Virus genome (UHGV): UHGV-1372857
DNA: 47,784 nucleotides
Reading direction: 5' to 3' (one strand)
Origin: a virus
In this document: one piece after another, positions 9,260 to 17,538 of the stretch
Position numbering within the stretch: position 1 is the stretch's first letter
Layout: every line of letters starts with the position of its first letter
The notes under the pieces: model-generated
What the model saw: the letters and a program-made list of their open reading frames with translations, nothing else
What the model was told of the DNA's origin: nothing
Databases searched by the model: none
Program-made: the position numbers and the translations under genes

Positions 9260-9717
9260 TTGCTAACCCCTCCCTTTTCATTCCCTAAAAAATACCACCA
9301 ATCTCCCCAAAAATCAACACCACTCAATTCAGCATGTTAGGGGCATCTGGGGCAGCATTGGGGCACCCTAGTTGCCCCAAACTTTTATGCTCTAAGTATA
9401 TGTATTATAATAATAATAGTAGTAGTTGGGGTAATGGGTAATATTATTATTCATATTATAGGTATTATTTTAACAATAAATTAACAAACTGGCGGCATTT
9501 TTATATATACAAGGGGATGGGTATCAAAATTGCCCCACTGCCCCAAAAATGTTAAATCCCTTTAGTGACAAGGATTGCGCGTGGGGCAGCACCATTCCCC
9601 AACGCCTTACCCACAGGGGTAAATTTTACCCCAGGCGGATTTATTTTCACCATCATATTGACGTAGATTGAGCGCCATCGTATAGTTACCACACCAACAA
9701 CAAAGAGGTGATGAAGA
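9260..9717. promoter_or_regulatory. divergent early control region / candidate replication origin
   Basis: GGGGCA/TGCCCCA iterons: three direct copies at 9340, 9349 and 9360, one inverted at 9373, two at 9531 and 9539, and GGGGCA at 9583. They flank a ~140-bp AT-rich tract (9383-9520). Contains a leftward TTGATT-17-TATTTT promoter and the rightward promoter at 9658-9686. Confidence 0.5.
9658..9686 (+). promoter_or_regulatory. strong sigma70 early promoter TTGACG-17-TATAGT driving the rightward early operon
   Basis: TTGACG at 9658-9663, a 17-bp spacer (tagattgagcgccatcg), TATAGT at 9681-9686, then RBS aagaggtg and ATG at 9718. Confidence 0.7.
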
Positions 9718-9933
9718 ATGGCGAAGATCTATAAGGCGGTAGATAAAAAGGATTCGGGAGCTGGTTACAAATGCTGGCTTTTAAATGATAAGGGTCTTGC
9801 AGTTAGTTATTGGCATCTTCCTGATGATGAGGAAGTTAAGGCAAACATGATTGCAGATGGTAGTTTTCTGTACTCAAGCACTGCAAGATTTAAAAATGAC
9901 GCCATCAATCCTGTACTCATCTCGGAGTGGTAA
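9718..9933 (+). CDS. hypothetical early protein (71 aa)
   Basis: First ORF downstream of the early promoter, with a good RBS. Confidence 0.55.
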   Translation: MAKIYKAVDKKDSGAGYKCWLLNDKGLAVSYWHLPDDEEVKANMIADGSFLYSSTARFKNDAINPVLISEW

Positions 9934-10121
9934 TCATGACCAAAGCAATCTACACACGCACTCAACTGGAACCAGAAATGGGCGCAGTGAAAGCGCAAAA
10001 CTTTATGATGGCGCAGGCAATGCATGCATACAGCAACGGTAAGCGCGTCTGTCGCGTTTTTAGTGGCGAAGGAAAGCAGAGAGTGCTTGAGCAGGTTATC
10101 GTGTCATCTGGTGGAAACTAA
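9927..10121 (+). CDS. hypothetical early protein (64 aa)
   Basis: Overlapping start, in operon. Confidence 0.45.
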   Translation: MVIMTKAIYTRTQLEPEMGAVKAQNFMMAQAMHAYSNGKRVCRVFSGEGKQRVLEQVIVSSGGN

Positions 10122-10136
10122 ACCGGTTTAGCAGCG

Positions 10137-10349
10137 ATGAATAAATTACTGGCAGTGGTTTTACTGGTTATCGCTAACGCGGCAAGCGCTGAGACTATAT
10201 GGGTCACGAAGTACGCGCTGACCCGTGGCATTCAAAAGTACGAAAGCGCACAGCTATTTGCTGATGGGCAGATTGCCGTAGTTGGCGATGTTTACTTTAA
10301 ACGTGGTGAGTACTGGCTTGATGAGCAACAGGCAAAAGAGCATGCGTAG
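10137..10349 (+). CDS. small secreted protein (Sec signal peptide MNKLLAVVLLVIANAASA|ET)
   Basis: Hydrophobic N-terminal core with an AxA cleavage motif. 70 aa. Confidence 0.5.
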   Translation: MNKLLAVVLLVIANAASAETIWVTKYALTRGIQKYESAQLFADGQIAVVGDVYFKRGEYWLDEQQAKEHA

Positions 10350-10421
10350 AATTTGCGGCAACGCCGTGTATCTGCACTGATGCGTGAGCTTGAGCGTTTA
10401 CAGGCGGTTAAGTGAGGATTT

Positions 10422-10778
10422 ATGGATATCGAAATTAACGAAGTTCAGGAAATTATTAAAAACCTTGAGGACAGTGGTGAACTCTCAATCAAAGAGGAGA
10501 AATACCTCAAGATTGCAAAGCTGTGCGTGCAGCTGGCTGCGGAGAATGTGGCACTGAAGGAGGAGTGTGGCGGCAATGGAAGTTATCGCAACTGCCCAGC
10601 TTGCACATTCTCTGAATACATTGAGGCACCGGAAACCCCCGCCACCGATCGCATCGTAGCCGGGATTAAGGCTGATGGGGTGGAGGAGTGGGTTTCCAGT
10701 AGAGGTGGACGCTGGAATGGAACGACCGAAGAAGCGCTGAAGTTCGCCAAGCAGCTGCGCGAGGGGGCCGACAAATGA
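10422..10778 (+). CDS. hypothetical protein with a CxxC…C Cys cluster (118 aa)
   Basis: ORF in operon. Contains CGGNGSYRNCPAC. Confidence 0.45.
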   Translation: MDIEINEVQEIIKNLEDSGELSIKEEKYLKIAKLCVQLAAENVALKEECGGNGSYRNCPACTFSEYIEAPETPATDRIVAGIKADGVEEWVSSRGGRWNGTTEEALKFAKQLREGADK

Positions 10779-11044
10779 GCAAGTCATTCATCGTAATTAT
10801 CCGGCGCGCCTGGTGTAACGAAGGTGGGCACGGTATCGAATATTCATCCGACCTCATCCACTACGAGACCCGCAATGGAGCCATATCGCACGGTTTTTGT
10901 ACTGTATATAGCGACGACTTCAACATCGGCGTAATCGAGGGCGGCAAGTTGATTTCATTTGACTGGATGGATAAGCCGGTTGGAGAAAGCGAAGACACGC
11001 TGGCGCAGATTGCCGAGCTAATCGGCCTGGAGGATGCAGCATGA
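10775..11044 (+). CDS. hypothetical protein (89 aa)
   Basis: Coupled to neighbours by ATGA overlaps. Confidence 0.45.
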   Translation: MSKSFIVIIRRAWCNEGGHGIEYSSDLIHYETRNGAISHGFCTVYSDDFNIGVIEGGKLISFDWMDKPVGESEDTLAQIAELIGLEDAA

Positions 11045-11649
11045 CAACTGATATCACCGAACTGGCGAAACGTATGAAGGCCGCTGCAGAGAAAGCGACT
11101 CCGGGCGAATGGTGGGCCGACGAAGTTAAAAACGAAGGATGCTACGGGTCTGACGATGACTGCGTGGAGGGATTCACCTCATACGCAATTTATGGCTCTG
11201 ACGGGCAAACCCTCTTTGATTCGCTCAACAGTGACGCCGCCTGCATCTGTGAGGAATACGACGGCGAGGGGCATGTGGCATGGGATGAGACGGCGCAGCG
11301 TAATGCCGAATTCATTGCCATGGCTAACCCTGCCAACATCCTCGCGCTGCTAGAGGCGCTGCTAGAGGCGCTGGAGAAGGCGCAGGGGATGGAAGCCTAC
11401 TGGAAAACTCAATGCCGTGGGATAACAGACCACTGCGAGGAATTGCAGGCGCGCATCGCCGGGCTGGAGTCCCGCACCGTCACCGTGAAGTTGCCAGACA
11501 TCATGCCACCAGAAGCGGCACCGGCTCATTACTGGGGCTCAGGTGAGTCAATGGCTTATGCGGATGGATACAACAAATCGGCGGCGGATTTAAAGACCTC
11601 TTTCGCTCTGTCCTGCTCTTCTGCTGGCGTTAACGTGGAGTTTGAATAA
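11041..11649 (+). CDS. Ead/Ea22-like family protein
   Basis: 202 aa with the characteristic …FIAMANPANILALLEALLEALEKAQ… segment and an acidic Cys-rich N-terminal half, as in lambdoid Ea22/Ead proteins. Confidence 0.6.
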   Translation: MTTDITELAKRMKAAAEKATPGEWWADEVKNEGCYGSDDDCVEGFTSYAIYGSDGQTLFDSLNSDAACICEEYDGEGHVAWDETAQRNAEFIAMANPANILALLEALLEALEKAQGMEAYWKTQCRGITDHCEELQARIAGLESRTVTVKLPDIMPPEAAPAHYWGSGESMAYADGYNKSAADLKTSFALSCSSAGVNVEFE

Positions 11650-12113
11650 TGGTCATCTCACCAATAACGCTGAAGACGGCGCAGGCATTTATCGCCCAGC
11701 ATCACCGACATAATAAACCGCCACGCGGACACAAATTCAGTATCGGGCTGAAAAACGCCGCGGGCGAACTGATTGGCGTTGCGACGGCCGGTCGCCCGGT
11801 AGCTCGTCACTTTGACGACGGGCTGACAATTGAGGTCAATCGCACCTGCACTACTGGTGAACGTAACGCTAACAGCGCTCTGTATGGCGCAATCTGGCGC
11901 GCTGCGAGGGCAATGGGATATCAACGCTGCATCACATATACCCAGGCCGATGAATCGGGCGCGTCACTGCGTGCTGCTGGTTTTGTGCGCGTCAAAGAGT
12001 TACCGGCTCGGCCTGGCTGGGCTGCGTCAAGCCTGGCATTGAAAGATAAGCGTGACCCGGTTGGTAATGGTGGTGTGCCTCGTGTTTTGTGGGAAATCAG
12101 GAGAATGAAATGA
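11649..12113 (+). CDS. conserved phage protein, possibly a GNAT-fold acyltransferase-like (Mom-like?) enzyme
   Basis: 154 aa with HHRHNKPPRGHKFSIG…ELIGVATAGRPVAR…TIEVNRTCT…NANSALYGAIWRAARAMGY…ITYTQ…GASLRAAGF. The pattern resembles small acyltransferase folds; this is unverified. Confidence 0.25.
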   Translation: MVISPITLKTAQAFIAQHHRHNKPPRGHKFSIGLKNAAGELIGVATAGRPVARHFDDGLTIEVNRTCTTGERNANSALYGAIWRAARAMGYQRCITYTQADESGASLRAAGFVRVKELPARPGWAASSLALKDKRDPVGNGGVPRVLWEIRRMK

Positions 12114-12712
12114 ATCACACGCTGAGCGATTCACAGTTGGAAGAAATGATTAAATCGGCTGTTAATTCATCCGGCCCGTTACCGCCTGACGAAAAATTCT
12201 CACAACTGGTTTCAGCGCTGCGAGAGCTACAGGAACGCCGCAAGGCTGACAGCGAGCCGGTGGCAGAAGTGGTTTCAATTTATGGCGACCCCGAAGCCTT
12301 TGGGGAGCGAGAGATTAGACCGCTTGTCGGCATTCAGCAAATGCCGTACGGGACAAAGCTCTATCGCCACGCGCAGCCGGTGCTGGAAATTGAGAGAGAG
12401 CCTGTTTTCACTCTCGAGGTTGCGCGCGCAGACTACAAAGGACAGAAACTGGGAAATCAATTTGGGTTTATCACTCTTGATGCGGCGCGTGAGCTGAAAG
12501 AGGGCAATTACCAACTCTACACTGCGCAGCTAGCGCAGGTAGTGCCGGATGATGTGCTGAACGCATTGCAGGAGGTTGCCCGAATACGCGCATACCTGAA
12601 TAACCTCGACGGAGATTGCCGTGGTGTAGGTAGTTGTCTTTGGGAGGCTGAAGAGAGGTTGCTTGAGATAGTAGCGCAGCGCTCAGCCATGCTCAGTGGA
12701 GGTAAACCATGA
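12110..12712 (+). CDS. hypothetical protein (200 aa)
   Basis: ATG overlapping the upstream stop (ATGA), with RBS caggag. Confidence 0.5.
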   Translation: MNHTLSDSQLEEMIKSAVNSSGPLPPDEKFSQLVSALRELQERRKADSEPVAEVVSIYGDPEAFGEREIRPLVGIQQMPYGTKLYRHAQPVLEIEREPVFTLEVARADYKGQKLGNQFGFITLDAARELKEGNYQLYTAQLAQVVPDDVLNALQEVARIRAYLNNLDGDCRGVGSCLWEAEERLLEIVAQRSAMLSGGKP

Positions 12713-12801
12713 AACCCTACATCATCCGAAGGCTTATTGCTGTAGCGTGCGTTGCATTCTGGATTGCTGCTGCATTAGCCGCCTACTTTATCGTGAGGTG
12801 A
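12709..12801 (+). CDS. small single-TM membrane peptide (30 aa)
   Basis: RBS ggagg 6 nt upstream, ATGA overlap. MKPYIIRRLIAVACVAFWIAAALAAYFIVR. Confidence 0.35.
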   Translation: MKPYIIRRLIAVACVAFWIAAALAAYFIVR

Positions 12802-12804
12802 TTT

Positions 12805-12963
12805 ATGCTGTGGAGCGATATTCAGGCTGCATGCGAAGAGGCCGACTTTCTTTATGAGGAGACCGGAAAGCATCATGCCGTCATTCAGGTTGGCAGTATG
12901 ATGATGGTTGTTGAGCATAACAGCATGCTTCGGCATATGTACTCAACGACGAGGTATCAGTGA
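12805..12963 (+). CDS. hypothetical small protein (52 aa)
   Basis: RBS gaggtg, coupled to the next ORF. Confidence 0.3.
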   Translation: MLWSDIQAACEEADFLYEETGKHHAVIQVGSMMMVVEHNSMLRHMYSTTRYQ

Positions 12964-13157
12964 TGCCGCAAAAATCAAAGCAGGAGGTGTGGCATTCCGC
13001 ACGGCTAGAAGGCGTCGACCACTTCATAGCAGCAATAGCCAAAGCTTTTCCTGATGCTATTGAAGTAGTTCACGTTCAAAGCAATAATTGTAATGTTTGG
13101 TGTTATGCGAAAACTGATGTACAATCATTACATCAATCATCACCCACCACCCTTTAA
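12963..13157 (+). CDS. hypothetical protein (64 aa)
   Basis: Last ORF before the terminator at 13155-13180. Confidence 0.4.
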   Translation: MPQKSKQEVWHSARLEGVDHFIAAIAKAFPDAIEVVHVQSNNCNVWCYAKTDVQSLHQSSPTTL

Positions 13158-13180
13158 CCCGCTTCGGCGGGTTCTTTTTT
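13155..13180 (+). terminator. rho-independent terminator ending the early operon (AACCCGC ttcg GCGGGTT cttttttat)
   Basis: 7-bp stem followed by a T-run. A promoter-like atctacgcca…TAAGAT follows at 13181-13201. Confidence 0.65.
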
Positions 13181-13237
13181 ATCTACGCCATGTGGTAAGA
13201 TATGTCCTATGTGAGTTACTCAAAGGACACATATAAA

Positions 13238-13681
13238 ATGGCAAATCCGAACCCTAAGCACAAATTTTCATCCAGTAATCAGCCGCCACCAAGGGGAAAA
13301 AGCTACAGAACAGTACTTCTTGAAGCATTGCGTGCTGCAAATACACCGATGAATGAGATTGAATTCGTTACGTATTACATCAATAAGGCGATGACATGCG
13401 AAGACGCTCAGGCTACCGGCATGCTGCGTGAGATATTCCTGCGACTGAACCCAATTCCAAAGCCTGTAGCCCCCCCTGTTGAGTTTGATTTCCCTGCTGA
13501 CGGCACACCTGTACAGAAGATGGATGCGATTATCAAGGGCGTCTCTACTGGTGTTGTTCCAGCTGACATTGGCAAGATGATGGCTGACATTCTGAAGGCC
13601 GGGCTTGATATCGAAGAAGTAACAGAGCTTGCGGCGCGCCTTGAGCGACTGGAGAAGCTACTGGAGCAGCAGAATGGATAA
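13238..13681 (+). CDS. terS: terminase small subunit
   Basis: Lies immediately upstream of terL. Basic N-terminus (MANPNPKHKFSSSNQPPPRGKSYRT) and an acidic coiled-coil C-terminus. RBS aaagga. The ORF-track start 13202 is less likely. Confidence 0.55.
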   Translation: MANPNPKHKFSSSNQPPPRGKSYRTVLLEALRAANTPMNEIEFVTYYINKAMTCEDAQATGMLREIFLRLNPIPKPVAPPVEFDFPADGTPVQKMDAIIKGVSTGVVPADIGKMMADILKAGLDIEEVTELAARLERLEKLLEQQNG

Positions 13682-13829
13682 GAGCATCATGGCTTGCTTT
13701 TTAGCATCAATTATTATGAGCTTAACAAGCATAACCCTACCAACTAATGATTTTACTGGAAGCATATTTGGCTTAATGTTCTGGTGCATTGGTTGGGTTA
13801 TTGCTTTTGCGAGGGTGAGATATGTTTAA
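13674..13829 (+). CDS. small membrane protein (51 aa) between terS and terL
   Basis: MDKSIMACFLASIIMSLTSITLP…FGLMFWCIGWVIAFARV with two hydrophobic segments. Overlaps the terS stop. Confidence 0.35.
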   Translation: MDKSIMACFLASIIMSLTSITLPTNDFTGSIFGLMFWCIGWVIAFARVRYV

Positions 13830-13977
13830 ACTATCAATGTCACTAATGGCCTGTGCCATGCTCATGTTTGCTATGGGTGGTAAGTCAAACGAGATTGCAT
13901 TTGCGATATGGGGCATCATGTTCATGATGTCAGCGACAATAATTACTATTGTGGGAACATCCCGCCATGGCTCGTAA
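13822..13977 (+). CDS. small membrane protein (51 aa) overlapping the terL start
   Basis: MFKLSMSLMACAMLMFAMGG…IWGIMFMMSATIITIVG. ATG follows gagggtgaga. Confidence 0.3.
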   Translation: MFKLSMSLMACAMLMFAMGGKSNEIAFAIWGIMFMMSATIITIVGTSRHGS

Positions 13978-15391
13978 ACGCCTATCTGCACTGGCAATCG
14001 AAAAGCTGGAGTCGCAGGTGGATGATGCGCTGACCGATGTTGCCGAGTCGGCTATCTTCGGCATCTGCGATATGCAGAAGAATGTCATCAAGCGCCTCAG
14101 AATGACTGCTAACGGCGTTGAAGATGTCACCCATGCAACCACGCAGGCCGATCACTTAATCCCCGCAAAACTCGAAAGGCTGCTTTATCCGAAGCGTAAT
14201 AAGGTCGTCTTTGGTGGTCGCGCATCAACAAAGACCCGTACCGTGGCAACCATACTCACCGAGTCCGCGCGATTCAGGCCAGAGCGTATTGGCTGCTTTC
14301 GTGAAATTCAGCAGTCTATCGAGGATTCCAGCTATCAGGAGCTGGTAGATGAAATCGACCGCAAAGGCGAATCATCGGAATATCGCTGCATCGACGGCAA
14401 GATAACCCACAAGCGAACCAAATCAAAATTCAGGTTCCGCGGCCTTTATCGCAACATCACCGGTGTCAAGGGTTTCGCCGGGATATCAAAAGCATGGGTG
14501 GAAGAAGCTGAAAACGTCAGCCAGGCATCCTGGGACATCCTCGAGCCTACCATCCGCGCAGAAGGTTCTGAGATATGGGTGACGTTTAACCCCAACAAAG
14601 AAACCGATGCCACATGGACTCAGTGGGTGGCGCCATATTACGATAAGATGGTTGATGGCATCTATGAGGACGATGACACATTAATCATTGAGTGTAATTA
14701 CCGCGACAACCCGTGGTTTTATGACACCCCGCTCCCGGCATCCATGGAGAAAATGAAGGCAGTCGACTTCGACCGTTACCTCTGGATTTGGGAAGGTAAA
14801 TTCAACAAGCGCAGCGACGAGCAGGTATTCGGTGGCAAATGGCGCACAGCATCGTTCGAGGTTAAACCTGAATGGCATGGCCCTTATCACGGCATGGACT
14901 TCGGTTTCAGTGGCGACCCTGCCGCAATGGTTGAGGTGTGGGTGGAAAACCTGCCCGGCGACCGGCGCAACGTTTATATTAATCGCGAGTATGGCAAGGT
15001 TCATCTTGAGATTACCGACCACCCGGCAGCAATGGACCAGGCATTTCCGATGGCACGTAAGGCCCGCTGGTATGCTGACTCATCAAGGCCGGAAACCATC
15101 AGTCACATCAAGCGCGCTGGCTTTGACATTCATCCATGCAACAAATGGCCTGGCAGCGTTGAGGATGGTGTGACGTGGCTCAGAGGCTGCGACAACATCA
15201 TCATTCACGACCGCTGCACGGAAATGAAAAACGAGGCTGCGATGTACAGCCACAAGGTCGACAAGAACACCGGCCTTGTGCTCACTGAAATCGTTGATAA
15301 ATACAACCACTATTGGGATGCTGTGCGCTATGCGCTGAATGACTACATTGTGCAACGAGGCTCTGGATGGATTAGGCGAAGCAGGAAATAA
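13967..15391 (+). CDS. terL: terminase large subunit
   Basis: Walker A-like GGRASTKT, a C-terminal nuclease-like region and ~475 aa. The ORF-track start 13949 is TTG; ATG at 13967 with ggga RBS is more likely. Confidence 0.85.
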   Translation: MARKRLSALAIEKLESQVDDALTDVAESAIFGICDMQKNVIKRLRMTANGVEDVTHATTQADHLIPAKLERLLYPKRNKVVFGGRASTKTRTVATILTESARFRPERIGCFREIQQSIEDSSYQELVDEIDRKGESSEYRCIDGKITHKRTKSKFRFRGLYRNITGVKGFAGISKAWVEEAENVSQASWDILEPTIRAEGSEIWVTFNPNKETDATWTQWVAPYYDKMVDGIYEDDDTLIIECNYRDNPWFYDTPLPASMEKMKAVDFDRYLWIWEGKFNKRSDEQVFGGKWRTASFEVKPEWHGPYHGMDFGFSGDPAAMVEVWVENLPGDRRNVYINREYGKVHLEITDHPAAMDQAFPMARKARWYADSSRPETISHIKRAGFDIHPCNKWPGSVEDGVTWLRGCDNIIIHDRCTEMKNEAAMYSHKVDKNTGLVLTEIVDKYNHYWDAVRYALNDYIVQRGSGWIRRSRK

Positions 15392-15392
15392 G

Positions 15393-15418
15393 AAAAAGCC
15401 CCGTTGCCGGGGCCTAGC
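15393..15418 (-). terminator. rho-independent terminator for the minus-strand gene 15424..15756 (GCCCCGgcaaCGGGGC, T-run on the minus strand)
   Basis: 6-bp GC stem. The T-run is present only on the minus strand. Confidence 0.55.
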
Positions 15419-15423
15419 TGTAA

Positions 15424-15756
15424 TCAATTGCAAAGCTGAATGCTTTTCCATGTTTTAAATGGGACACCTATCGCCTCCCAGAACTCCTTATCTTCAGCAG
15501 CAATTAATCTAAAAAAATCTCCCATCTTCCAATAAGAGCCATTTTTTATTGACTCACGCTCCTCGTTAAGTTTTTCAACAAAGTGCTCAGTCCATGTGCA
15601 ATCTTCATTCCAATTAGATTTAACGCCGTTGTAGAGTGAGTGAATAAAGCGATCAACGTATGACGACTTACTAACCTCAATCCCCATTAAAACCATATTT
15701 ATTACGCGAACCGCATATAAGTTTTGTAATTCAGTAGTACGTTCTTGATATTGCAT
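15424..15756 (-). CDS. hypothetical protein (110 aa), moron between terL and portal
   Basis: Opposite-strand ORF with its own TTGACG-17-TAGATT promoter (15833-15801) and a terminator. Confidence 0.5.
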   Translation of the reverse strand: MQYQERTTELQNLYAVRVINMVLMGIEVSKSSYVDRFIHSLYNGVKSNWNEDCTWTEHFVEKLNEERESIKNGSYWKMGDFFRLIAAEDKEFWEAIGVPFKTWKSIQLCN

Positions 15757-15844
15757 TTTTGCACCTCATTCATTCTCGGCCCCGAGCCGCCTCAATGACT
15801 ACAATCTACATCAGCCACGAATCCACGTCAACATTTATAATAAA

Positions 15845-16135
15845 TCATTTGTAAAGCCAGCAATGAATCCCCGCATTGCGCATGGCGGCATAAATCACAT
15901 CATCAGACACGACCGCCATTGCCACCCTTTCTGCGTCAATCTGCTGGTGCGAAGCCATGATGTCATCATAGAAAATATCGTTAGCATGCAGCCATTCATA
16001 CGCATGCTTTGCCCTCATGATAAGCACATCATGCCCGGCAGAGTAGAGTGACTTAGCCAGTGCGACGTTGCCAGCAATAGCATTTCCTTCCGCATCGCGC
16101 AGCACACCATCAAGCTCGAAAATGACACATTTCAT
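15845..16135 (-). CDS. hypothetical protein (96 aa) with HAD-like motif remnants (FELDGVL … VVSDDV)
   Basis: The DxDGxL-like motif I has Glu in place of the first Asp, and a GDxxxD-like motif IV is present. Too short for a full HAD hydrolase. Own promoter TTGACGTAGATT-N11-TAGATT at 16187-16160 (minus strand). Confidence 0.4.
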   Translation of the reverse strand: MKCVIFELDGVLRDAEGNAIAGNVALAKSLYSAGHDVLIMRAKHAYEWLHANDIFYDDIMASHQQIDAERVAMAVVSDDVIYAAMRNAGIHCWLYK

Positions 16136-16159
16136 AAGATTTCTCCGAGAGGTTTCATT

Positions 16160-16192
16160 TTAATCTACGCCATGCTAGAATCTACGTCAAGG
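16160..16192. promoter_or_regulatory. two motif copies (ttAATCTACGCCatg, agAATCTACGTCAag) in the divergent region between 16135 (minus) and 16224 (plus)
   Basis: The minus strand reads TTGACGTAGATT-N11-TAGATT. Confidence 0.45.
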
Positions 16193-16223
16193 CGCATTGA
16201 CATAACTACATCACCGGGGCATC

Positions 16224-16517
16224 ATGAAGGCATACTCATCTTTTTCGTGGGAGCAGAAGGAAAAAATATACTCACTCGCAAGAGCTGGTGTGTCGGATGA
16301 GGCGCTGTGCGAAAGGTATGATGTTGATGAGGCTATCCTGCTGCGTATGTATGATGAGGTGCTGTGTGAGTTGCAGCGGCGCCGGGGATACAGTGGACTG
16401 AAGACGATTAATGATTTCTTTCGGAACGTTGATTTGATTGGTGATGGTGATGATAAAGAAAAAGCTGCAAATGAAGATGCGCAAAGCCGCAATGGAGAAG
16501 TACACGAAAAAAATTGA
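16224..16517 (+). CDS. small HTH-like regulatory protein (97 aa)
   Basis: KEKIYSLARAGVSDEALCERYDVDEAILLRM resembles an HTH. First gene of the plus-strand accessory operon. Confidence 0.4.
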   Translation: MKAYSSFSWEQKEKIYSLARAGVSDEALCERYDVDEAILLRMYDEVLCELQRRRGYSGLKTINDFFRNVDLIGDGDDKEKAANEDAQSRNGEVHEKN

Positions 16518-16857
16518 TATTAGTTTTATTGATGGCGTCGGCATGTACAATCACGCCTGCCATCTGAATGCAGTTAATCGCGCAAGAGCAGGAAACAGCG
16601 CAGCCGTGGTTGAGGTTGTTATGATTAATGACGACTCAGTAACAGCGCATTACATCAATATGCAGACCGATGGTAAATATGTTGATTACACCCTTGGATG
16701 GCACTGGTCAGGGGCTGATTACCGATTTGTGCGATACGTTCCTTTCACTGAATGGAGTGATATAACAAGTTCTCTTGATCGACTCAAGGTAGAACTTTGT
16801 AAGCCAGTCAGCAAATGGATGCGCGCCTTTATGTTAACTAATAACGAAATGTGTTGA
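16492..16857 (+). CDS. hypothetical protein (~121 aa; start uncertain, 16438/16471/16492/16543 all possible)
   Basis: Overlaps the end of the preceding ORF in another frame. Sits upstream of the HigA-like gene and is a candidate non-canonical partner. Confidence 0.4.
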   Translation: MEKYTKKIDISFIDGVGMYNHACHLNAVNRARAGNSAAVVEVVMINDDSVTAHYINMQTDGKYVDYTLGWHWSGADYRFVRYVPFTEWSDITSSLDRLKVELCKPVSKWMRAFMLTNNEMC

Positions 16858-16865
16858 GGTGATTT

Positions 16866-17033
16866 ATGATTATTGAAGATGAAACCAAAACGTCAATGTG
16901 CGCAATAGCTATTAAATTTGGTCCTGAATTAGTGATTACGCAGGGGTGTGACGCTATTATCATCGACCAGCAGCAGGCCGCGCAGCTTTTCGAGGCTCTG
17001 CAACGCTGGGTTGATGATGAGGAGATTGAGTGA
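16866..17033 (+). CDS. hypothetical small protein (55 aa)
   Basis: Its stop overlaps the HigA-like start (TGATG). Confidence 0.35.
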   Translation: MIIEDETKTSMCAIAIKFGPELVITQGCDAIIIDQQQAAQLFEALQRWVDDEEIE

Positions 17034-17350
17034 TGTATATCAAAGACCCGATGCATCCAGGAGAATTCCTGTTAAGTGTTTTCATGAAGCCATATGGCAT
17101 CACTTGCGAGGAAATGGCAAGGAATCTAGGCGTATCCCCGTCAACTATCAGCAGGATTACAAGTAAGAAGATGAACTTGACTGCTGGTATGGCTATGCGC
17201 CTTTCTATCGTGGTTGGCAGGACGCCTGAGTCTTGGATGAACATGCAGAATAACTACAGCCTGAGACAATTCATCAATGATGATAAATCGGAGCTATCAT
17301 CTTTAAGGCCAATGAAATTTGAGGCCGTATTTGATAATGAGGCCGAGTGA
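17030..17350 (+). CDS. higA: HigA-family antitoxin-like XRE HTH protein (addiction-module antidote protein), orphan
   Basis: MMYIKDPMHPGEFLLSVFMKPYGITCEEMARNLGVSPSTISRITSKKMNLTAGMAMRLSIVVGRTPESWMNMQNNYSL matches the HigA (COG3093/VapI) pattern, H-P-G-(E/D)-hh…L…EhA..hGhSPST.SRhh.GK..hT..MAh+LS.hhG.oPE.WhNhQ..Y.L. No HigB-like gene is adjacent. Confidence 0.75.
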   Translation: MMYIKDPMHPGEFLLSVFMKPYGITCEEMARNLGVSPSTISRITSKKMNLTAGMAMRLSIVVGRTPESWMNMQNNYSLRQFINDDKSELSSLRPMKFEAVFDNEAE

Positions 17351-17538
17351 TGAGCATTTACTTTTATCGTGGTCATATTGAGGAGCCAGCATCCGGGCGA
17401 AATGTTGGTAACTTCTGCGGGACTGTAACGGCCTCTGATGCCGTAAAGGGCTTTAATGCTGCTTACGTCAAGCAAGTTCAATGCATTAACTCAAAAGGCG
17501 GCAGCGGTGAGATTGTGACATTGTTGCGCGTATCATGA
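17347..17538 (+). CDS. hypothetical protein (63 aa) coupled downstream of the HigA-like gene
   Basis: ATG overlaps the higA-like stop (gagtgATGagc). Confidence 0.4.
   Translation: MMSIYFYRGHIEEPASGRNVGNFCGTVTASDAVKGFNAAYVKQVQCINSKGGSGEIVTLLRVS

Noticed and set aside
15845-16135. HAD-superfamily phosphatase
   Set aside because: Motif I has Glu in place of the nucleophilic first Asp (FELDGVL). At 96 aa the protein is too short for a HAD core plus cap. It is reported only as a HAD-like remnant.
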